A stretch of 20,315 nucleotides of DNA. It comes from Candidatus Hodarchaeota archaeon. GTDB taxonomy: Archaea > Asgardarchaeota > Heimdallarchaeia > Hodarchaeales > Hodarchaeaceae. A program made the position numbers and the translations under genes. This document shows, piece after piece, positions 1 to 6,814 of the stretch; the first letter of the stretch is position 1, and every line of letters begins with the position of its first letter. The notes under the pieces were generated by a model. That model ran no database searches, was not told where the DNA came from, and worked only from the letters and a program-made list of their open reading frames with translations. Where the stretch lies: contig JAEOTC010000091.1 in NCBI GenBank assembly GCA_016840035.1, positions 1 through 20,315 of the forward strand, read 5' to 3'.

Positions 1-1
1 T

Positions 2-1798
2 ACAGAAAGCTATTCATTCACATTGTATTATCAAAACACAGTGGATAATGAAGGAATTACCGATGCGACTTATACTACAAATCATTCCTCAGTAATTAAT
101 TTCTGGTATTCTAATTCAAGCGGATATTACTTTTTCAATTTAAGCACGAGTTCCTTAACTTTAGGTTCTCATGGAATCAATATTGCTTTAAATCACACAG
201 TGTATCAAGAGAATTTCATTTTATTGACATTTAACATTGTGGAAATGCCAACACAAATTTTAGATCAACATACTATCAGTAGCAATCAAATAATGGTAGA
301 AGAAACCATAACAGTGACCATTACGGAATTTCTAACTTATAACTCAAATCAAATTACTAGTATTGATGATATTAGTCTTCTCTTGAACGACTCCTTTGTT
401 GATAATAGCTACCTTTCATTCGTCACGAATGCCCCATTTTCAGTTGAACTAGATACCACAGGTATTCAATATGGAAAATACAATCTTTCGGTCATTCTAG
501 AAGTTTATGGATATGAAAACCAAGCAATTTCATTTAATGTTACACTAAATGGATATGAAACAGAAATAAGTGTCGAGATTGAGCCGGGAAAGAACATCCA
601 ACAAGGTGAAGATGTTATTTTCATTGCCACTTTAGTGTATGTCTCTGGAGGTGGAACTGGGGCTGAAGTTACTCAACAGGTTCCCTTAGAAGGGATTGAC
701 ATCACCTTCTTTGTAATAATAGAATACGAGAATGGAACAACTCGGACCTACGATTCAATAAGCCAAACTGATAACTTAAATTATCAAGCTACTTACACAA
801 TCGATGGTATCTTTACCAAAAATGCAATAAAATTCACAAATATTACTATACACTCTGGTTCTACCTTATCAGGATTACCTTATACTTATAGTATGTCAAC
901 CAGCGAATTAGATACCTATCAAATCCTTCCTCCAGTAGTAGATATTTTTGAAGTGATTATAACTGTCTTAACTGTTGTTGTAGTTGTACTAATCGCCCTC
1001 TTTATTGCAGTTACCACTGTTCGTGTATATCGTCGTAGAAGAAGAGTTCATAAGCTCCGAATTCAGAGACAGGATATTGCTGTTGAGCAAAGCTTTGAGG
1101 ATATTAAATCCATTCGACTAATATTAGCTCGACACCAATCTGGTTTGCAATTTTATTCAGAAAAGACAATCGCGGAACTTCAAACCGATACTGATGCCCT
1201 TTCGGGGATGAGTGCTGCATTGTCCTCATTCATGGAAGAGCTTTCTGAAAGTATGTCTTCTCAATCTGAGGAAAAATCAGAGAAAGACAAAATCGAATTT
1301 CTCAGTCGTGAGGGTCTCCACATGCTGATTTGGCATGGATACCACTCAAGTTTTATTATCATATCTGAAACACGCTTACCTGAATACTTCCAGACCCACC
1401 TGAAGGCTCTCGGTCATGAACTCGAACAGAAATACCTTGCTGAATTACAGGACTTCTATAGCAGTGATCAAATTCCAAACACTGTTGTTAAGAAAATGGT
1501 TCGCAAATATATCCCGCTTCATTACTTCTCGGCCTATGTTCTCAATGAAGGTGTTCTCACTCTGGAATCAGTCAAACTTTCTCGGAAATACACCAAAATG
1601 TTTAAAGAAATCAAGAAAGTTATGTTTCATATCGAAGGAGCTCAATACTTCTTCTCTGAACAAATCATTTCACACCTCTCAAAAGACTATAAACGTAGTG
1701 AAGCAATTGAATTCTTGGATCATGCCATCACCATTAATCTTTTGATTGAAGCAGAGCAGAAAGACCTTTTACAGTTAACCCAACAGAAAGGAAATTAA
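2..1798 (+). CDS. Large single-pass membrane protein (5'-truncated): beta-rich extracellular region, TM helix, cytoplasmic longin-like domain and C-terminal helical/wHTH-like region
   Basis: Frame is open from position 2, so the true start lies upstream of the window. N-terminal part is Thr/Ser/Asn/Tyr-rich with alternating beta-strand patterns and many N-x-S/T sequons. Hydrophobic helix IFEVIITVLTVVVVVLIALFIAVTTV (944-1021) is followed by RVYRRRRR (positive-inside). Then FEDIKSIRLILARHQSGLQFYS...DALSGMSAALSSFMEEL, the pattern of Asgard longin-like domains. Confidence 0.8.
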   Translation, partial: TESYSFTLYYQNTVDNEGITDATYTTNHSSVINFWYSNSSGYYFFNLSTSSLTLGSHGINIALNHTVYQENFILLTFNIVEMPTQILDQHTISSNQIMVEETITVTITEFLTYNSNQITSIDDISLLLNDSFVDNSYLSFVTNAPFSVELDTTGIQYGKYNLSVILEVYGYENQAISFNVTLNGYETEISVEIEPGKNIQQGEDVIFIATLVYVSGGGTGAEVTQQVPLEGIDITFFVIIEYENGTTRTYDSISQTDNLNYQATYTIDGIFTKNAIKFTNITIHSGSTLSGLPYTYSMSTSELDTYQILPPVVDIFEVIITVLTVVVVVLIALFIAVTTVRVYRRRRRVHKLRIQRQDIAVEQSFEDIKSIRLILARHQSGLQFYSEKTIAELQTDTDALSGMSAALSSFMEELSESMSSQSEEKSEKDKIEFLSREGLHMLIWHGYHSSFIIISETRLPEYFQTHLKALGHELEQKYLAELQDFYSSDQIPNTVVKKMVRKYIPLHYFSAYVLNEGVLTLESVKLSRKYTKMFKEIKKVMFHIEGAQYFFSEQIISHLSKDYKRSEAIEFLDHAITINLLIEAEQKDLLQLTQQKGN

Positions 1799-1820
1799 AC
1801 ATTCTAGTGAGGATCTTTTC

Positions 1821-2750
1821 ATGGCTGGAAATTATTATCGATTCTGGTTAATAAATGAACAGGGTCTGTATATTATTGACCATAAATATCAGCGTCAGAA
1901 GGTCATTACCAAATCTGATGAGGATAAATTAATAGCTGAGTTATACAATGATCCTCACCTTGAGAGGGATAATACGGCGATCCTTCACAAAAATTTACCT
2001 TCTTATGCTTTCTCTCGTTTGTATTATCAAAAGTACAAGAAAGATCTTTACGTCCTACTTGCCGATGAAATGATAGACACAACAGAAATCGATTTAAAAC
2101 TCCAAACTTATCGCAAAGAGCGTGATACCCAACGTGAGAATTTAATTGGTATTGTTGTGGCAGCTTTTGATGATGCACGTGGACCGAGAGTCGTCTATAG
2201 TCCTGATTTTATTAATGAAGAGACTACTTTGCTGTTAGCAGTCCAAGGACAGACGATATCATACATGGGTAAACTCAATAAATTTCAGGTTGGGTTTAAA
2301 GAACCTTTGAATGTCCCTAATCGCACCGATTTAATTCATGTCAGTTATGACTTTTTAGTTCCCGCTCCGAGTAGTAAAGATCCTAGGATCGCTCTAACAG
2401 GTCGAGTTATGAACTTGTTTTTACTTTTTCCTCGTGATCTACCTTATTTAAAAGAGAAATCCTTCTTGCAGTTTATTGAATCGTTTGTAGATGAATGGGT
2501 TCGGACTTGGATCGATTTTCAAAAAGAGAATGAAGGTAAATATCCAGTAAAAATATTTGACGATCTCTTAGAGAGCTTGAGATCCACAGTCAATCTCGCA
2601 ATCGATCTAGCAACTCACGATGAGCGTGAGATTAGAAAACTTAAAGACTTCGTAATGGAAATCCTAGCCCAGAATCAAGTTTTAACCTTTCAGGTTCAAA
2701 AATTAAAGGAACGGATTAAGGATTTAGAAGCAAAATCAAATCGTGAGTGA
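1821..2750 (+). CDS. Longin + uDENN/NPR2-like domain protein with C-terminal coiled coil
   Basis: 309 aa, 22 bp after upstream stop, GAGGA SD-like motif. N-terminal YRFWLINEQGLYII resembles a longin beta-hairpin. IGIVVAAFDDARGPRVVYSP (from about 2145 to 2204) matches the hydrophobic-F-[DH]-x3-GP-x-V-x3-P start motif of uDENN/NPR2/AVL9/folliculin longin domains. C-terminal heptads LAQNQVLTFQVQKLKERIKDLE. Confidence 0.6.
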   Translation: MAGNYYRFWLINEQGLYIIDHKYQRQKVITKSDEDKLIAELYNDPHLERDNTAILHKNLPSYAFSRLYYQKYKKDLYVLLADEMIDTTEIDLKLQTYRKERDTQRENLIGIVVAAFDDARGPRVVYSPDFINEETTLLLAVQGQTISYMGKLNKFQVGFKEPLNVPNRTDLIHVSYDFLVPAPSSKDPRIALTGRVMNLFLLFPRDLPYLKEKSFLQFIESFVDEWVRTWIDFQKENEGKYPVKIFDDLLESLRSTVNLAIDLATHDEREIRKLKDFVMEILAQNQVLTFQVQKLKERIKDLEAKSNRE

Positions 2751-2880
2751 TATTCTTCTCTCAACATTTCGAGGTGCGATCAAATTTGTCGGATATAGCG
2801 ATTAATGGTTTATATTGGCCGACAATTTAAGTCATGATCCCCTAAATCTAACTTTTTCTTCAAAGGGAACTGTAAAAAGA

Positions 2881-2894
2881 GAAGGGTTATATAT
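2881..2894 (+). promoter_or_regulatory. Putative BRE/TATA promoter for the gelsolin gene
   Basis: Purine-rich (AAAAAGA)GAAGGG immediately followed by TTATATAT (2887-2894); implies a leader of roughly 145 nt. Confidence 0.45.
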
Positions 2895-3063
2895 TGTACG
2901 AACTTAATTCAATAAGATACATAAATAAGTCTGGCTATTGAAGGTTAGATAATTCAAATCGAGTGAAGGGAATTCACTCACTCTTAATCTCTCTTTAGCC
3001 CATGTTAAAATGGAGAATAAAGACATAAATATACTTATTATTCATATTAAAGGTTGATTGTTC

Positions 3064-4311
3064 ATGCGTGTGCTACATGTTCAAGGAAAAAAACTAGTTG
3101 AAACAAACAAAAAGAATGGATCCTATGAATTCTTGAACGGAGACGTCTATATTATTGATAATTCGGATGTTTCCGCAGGCCTCAAGAAAAAGGTATTCAT
3201 ATGGTTAGGATCTCAAGCTTTTGCTGATGATAGAGCAGTAGGTGCTTGGGCTGCAAAGCAACTAGACCTTGCAGATAAAGAAATAGATATCGATACAGAA
3301 GTTGAAGGTAACGAATCTGCAGAGTTTAAAGGCTTATTAGAATTCGTAGTTGTAACAGGAGATACACCTGGCTTCTTAAAACACGTAGAAGTAAATAAAG
3401 AAGATGTAAGCTATGCTCTTTACAGGGTTCGTGATACTGACCTTTCAGATGGATCATCTTCAGATGATATCGTAATCGAGAAGGTACCTTTGGAGCGAGG
3501 CAGTTTTGTCTCTGATGATGTTTTTGTTGTAGATGCTTATCATGATCTATATGTTTGGGTAGGAGCAAGCTCCCAGATTGGTGAAAAGGTTGCAGGAAAT
3601 AGGGTAGCTCGAAAATTAGATGTAGATCGCGATAGAACCCCAATGGTCTATCAAATCGGCGAAGGGTATGAACCTAAAGGCTTTTGGGACCTATTTGACA
3701 AAATCAGTGGAAGTGGATTAACTCGTGAAGATGACTCAGCAAAGATTGGCGCGAGTATGAGTGGCTCTCTTTCTGATTTAACAGCCCCAACTGAACCAGC
3801 TACACCTCCCGTAGAATTAGCTCCTCCTCCATCAAGTAGTTCACCTGGAGAAATCGTTGGTCCTCCAAAAGATGACACTTATGTCCCAAAACCACCAGCC
3901 ATTAAAGATGAACCCGTACCAGAAGTTGCACCTGAACCAGTAGTCGAACCCGAGCCACAACCTGTACAAACTGGTTTTGGAGTCGCTCCTTCAGACCCAG
4001 TTCCATCAAGGCAAACTCAATATACCCTATACTATGTTGACGGTGAATTCTCAGAAGTAGGGGGAAATGAACAGGCGACTCTGGAAATCAATGAATCTAC
4101 AAAAACCGCAGTTCTCACTTTTGCCCAGGGGTCAAGTTTGATTACCCAACGAACTGCTGGACGTCAAGCACGAGGTATCTGTAAAGCAGGTTACGCTGTG
4201 AAAGCTGGATACAGGATCGGTATAAAATGTGATCTACAAGAAGTCAAAGGGGAAGAGGATATGGAATCACGTGTTCAAAGATATCGTGAAGAAGGACGAA
4301 AATACGTCTAA
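3064..4311 (+). CDS. Gelsolin-family actin-regulatory protein (two gelsolin domains, Pro-rich linker, divergent third domain)
   Basis: Domain 1: FLNGDVYIID...VFIWLGSQAFADDRAVGAWAAKQLD...EVEGNESAEF, then linker GFLKHV (cf. gelsolin G1-G2 linker GFKHV). Domain 2: SFVSDDVFVVDAYHDLYVWVGASSQIGEK...IGEGYEPKGFW. ATG at 3064 after AGGTTGA is preferred over TTG 3058. Confidence 0.9.
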   Translation: MRVLHVQGKKLVETNKKNGSYEFLNGDVYIIDNSDVSAGLKKKVFIWLGSQAFADDRAVGAWAAKQLDLADKEIDIDTEVEGNESAEFKGLLEFVVVTGDTPGFLKHVEVNKEDVSYALYRVRDTDLSDGSSSDDIVIEKVPLERGSFVSDDVFVVDAYHDLYVWVGASSQIGEKVAGNRVARKLDVDRDRTPMVYQIGEGYEPKGFWDLFDKISGSGLTREDDSAKIGASMSGSLSDLTAPTEPATPPVELAPPPSSSSPGEIVGPPKDDTYVPKPPAIKDEPVPEVAPEPVVEPEPQPVQTGFGVAPSDPVPSRQTQYTLYYVDGEFSEVGGNEQATLEINESTKTAVLTFAQGSSLITQRTAGRQARGICKAGYAVKAGYRIGIKCDLQEVKGEEDMESRVQRYREEGRKYV

Positions 4312-4336
4312 CTTCTTTCTTCCTATTTTTTTTCTC
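4312..4336 (+). terminator. Pyrimidine/oligo-T archaeal-type terminator
   Basis: CTTCTTTCTTCCTATTTTTTTTCTC directly after the gelsolin stop, in a convergent intergenic gap. Confidence 0.6.
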
Positions 4337-4372
4337 ATCTAAATATAGATCTCTTAACTCGGTTACTCAGAT

Positions 4373-5122
4373 TCAGAATTTTTCCATTGCTTCTTTCAGA
4401 AGAGCTCGAGTTTCTGGACTATACCAGCTATCTACAAAAGATTCAATATGTGATTCAAGTCTAGTCTTGATATGATTTACTTTTGGCATCTTTAGATCAA
4501 GTTTAATTTTCGTAAATGCTAAAGATGGATTTTCAGCTAAGGATAAACACTTTTTTACAGAGTTATCTAATAATCCATCACTAGGAAAGATCTCATGGAC
4601 TATGCCTAATTTTAAAAGTGATTCAGGTAGTAAAAACTCCCCTGTGTATGCAAATTCTTGTGTTTGTTCAGATCCAATCATATTTTCCAAAATGTACAAA
4701 GCAGGATAGGGAATTGGAACACCTAGCTTTATTTCATTTAATCCCATCAATTTTTTTCCTTGTGAAATGTATCTATAGTCACAACAGAGAGCTAGAATAC
4801 ATCCTCCTGCAATAGCATGTCCATTAATTGCTGCAATAACTGGTTTAGGAAATGAATACAAATCAATGCAGAGTTCATTAAAATGGGTATAAAACTGAAT
4901 AAATTCCTCTTTTTTAAGATTATATAAACCGGGAATATTTAATCCAATGGAAAAAAATTTCGTATTTGAACCGGTAAGAATGATCCCTTTTACATTATCA
5001 TCAGCGCTTATCTCACGGAGTTTTTCTCTTAATTCTGAAACCAGCTCTGAAGAAATAGCATTTGTTACTCCGTTATTTAGTTCAATGATTGTAAGATTAT
5101 TCTTAGATTTTATATTTAACAT
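4373..5122 (-). CDS. Enoyl-CoA hydratase/isomerase (crotonase) family protein, probably delta3-delta2-enoyl-CoA isomerase type
   Basis: LNNGVTNAIS, FFSIGLNI, PVIAAINGHAIAGGCILALCCDYR, MGLNEIKLG motifs. Only the second catalytic Glu (LNE) is present. Confidence 0.9.
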   Translation of the reverse strand: MLNIKSKNNLTIIELNNGVTNAISSELVSELREKLREISADDNVKGIILTGSNTKFFSIGLNIPGLYNLKKEEFIQFYTHFNELCIDLYSFPKPVIAAINGHAIAGGCILALCCDYRYISQGKKLMGLNEIKLGVPIPYPALYILENMIGSEQTQEFAYTGEFLLPESLLKLGIVHEIFPSDGLLDNSVKKCLSLAENPSLAFTKIKLDLKMPKVNHIKTRLESHIESFVDSWYSPETRALLKEAMEKF

Positions 5123-5265
5123 TTCTCGTTCCTCTTCTTCCCAAGAATCTTGTGATTTTAAGCCCTACAAAAAGGTAGTTATTTCTGTTCTTGCCGAAAT
5201 TTATTTATTCCCTATAATTAAATCAGTCCTCCTTTCATATAGTATCGCGTATTTAGGTGAATTTC

Positions 5266-6648
5266 ATGCTAACATTCAAAGAAAAAGCAAGTTATGGGAT
5301 AGGTCGACTCGGATCATCAATTACAATAGATATGGCTGATCTCTTTACTGGTTTTGTTTATTATGCTTATTTTGGTTTATCTGAGGATCCCTTTCTTGCT
5401 TTCCTTGGAGTAGCTATTGGAAAATTAGTCATTGCATTTTCAAGCTATCTTTCTGGATATATATCAGATAGAACTAAGACACGATGGGGACGTAGGAAAC
5501 CATTCATCATTATTGGATCACCATTATTAGCCCTCTGTTTTTTTCTACTCTATTCTCCACATATTTTCTTAGCTGGGGTTACTGATTCTGGAATAATCTT
5601 CTCATACTTGCTTATTTTCAATTCCTTGTATCAGGGCCTGTATGGATTCCTCCTTACCCCATTTCAAGCATGGCTTCCTGAGATAACCACAGAAGCAGAA
5701 CGACTGGAGGTCAGTGGCTACCAGAATACAGTTAATCTAATTGCTTTTGTTATAGGCGCAGGGACCTCCTTTTTGATCCCAGCAATCATTGGTGGTTCAT
5801 CGGAAGAATTCTCTCCCTCTGCTTTTCAAGAAGCGAATGATCTTTTACCATCTCTGACTAATGGTATGTTAATCACAGGAATCGTGCTTATATTTGCTCT
5901 TTCTGTTATTATATTCTTTATTCCTTCCCTGAGATTTATTCATGAAAAGGAAGTTTTCATCCCACAACCACCTATTCGTGAAGAGTTAAGTGTTGTTTTT
6001 TCCAATCGAAATTATATAGCCTGGACTTTAGCACGTGGTACTCTCTCAATCATGATCTCAGGTTTACTTGGTATTGTTTTAGCTTGGATCCAAGATGTTC
6101 TTGGGTTTGGAACGATAGATTACCTAATATTTGGTGTTGTTCTGCTCCTAAGTATCTTTACGGGCTACATCTTCTGGACTCGCGTTGGGTCCAACCCAAA
6201 ATATGGAAAAACAAAGAGTTATATCTATTCTATGTTGTATCTTGCATGTATCATGCCTTTAATGATGTTTATTGGTCAAATTGACTTCATTCCTTTTCCT
6301 ATTTTGATTCAAGGGGTGGTGTTTGCTATTCTGGCTGCTGGTGGGTTATCAGCTTACTACTTACTCCCTTATGCAATTGTTGGAGATATTGTTGAGAAAG
6401 ATGAACGTGAGACAGGAGAAAGTCGAGCAGGAATGTATTACGGCTTCGAATCTATTCCTTTAAACGTCTTCCAATTCCTTGGGTATTTACTTATCGGCGC
6501 AATGATTGATTTTCTCCCATCTATCACTAATTCTGCTGGTAGAACATTTTCTCAAGGGTACTTACTATTTGGACCTCTTTCTTCCGTTATTATACTAATC
6601 TCAGTTCTTATTTTTTGGAAATTTGTTAATGCCGATCCTTTACAATAA
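5266..6648 (+). CDS. MFS transporter, glycoside-pentoside-hexuronide (MFS_2/GPH) cation symporter family
   Basis: About 12 hydrophobic segments; GYISDRTKTRWGRRKPF and DIVEKDERETGESRAGMYYG motifs; ATG 5266 preceded by AGGTGA. Confidence 0.9.
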   Translation: MLTFKEKASYGIGRLGSSITIDMADLFTGFVYYAYFGLSEDPFLAFLGVAIGKLVIAFSSYLSGYISDRTKTRWGRRKPFIIIGSPLLALCFFLLYSPHIFLAGVTDSGIIFSYLLIFNSLYQGLYGFLLTPFQAWLPEITTEAERLEVSGYQNTVNLIAFVIGAGTSFLIPAIIGGSSEEFSPSAFQEANDLLPSLTNGMLITGIVLIFALSVIIFFIPSLRFIHEKEVFIPQPPIREELSVVFSNRNYIAWTLARGTLSIMISGLLGIVLAWIQDVLGFGTIDYLIFGVVLLLSIFTGYIFWTRVGSNPKYGKTKSYIYSMLYLACIMPLMMFIGQIDFIPFPILIQGVVFAILAAGGLSAYYLLPYAIVGDIVEKDERETGESRAGMYYGFESIPLNVFQFLGYLLIGAMIDFLPSITNSAGRTFSQGYLLFGPLSSVIILISVLIFWKFVNADPLQ

Positions 6649-6774
6649 TCAGAGGATCCATTTCTCCCTTCTTTTATTCTAAGGAACTGGTAGAAGAAGT
6701 GAACTCCTTTTATTCTGCGAATAAAACGTAAAACAATTTAATTGGTTATTTTCTCGCTAGAATTATCTCGTTTG

Positions 6775-6782
6775 TTTATATA
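6775..6782 (+). promoter_or_regulatory. Putative TATA box of serS
   Basis: TTTATATA about 33 bp upstream of the serS ATG. Confidence 0.5.
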
Positions 6783-6814
6783 AGAGCTATGCGAATCCCC
6801 TAAGGTAATCTGCG

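Noticed and set aside
2748-2828. Possible selenocysteine read-through of the TGA ending ORF 1821-2750, with the downstream hairpin as SECIS
   Set aside because: Read-through adds only about 15 residues before TAG, there is no redox motif context, and the hairpin lacks an AUGA/GA core or a GAA/A archaeal SECIS motif.
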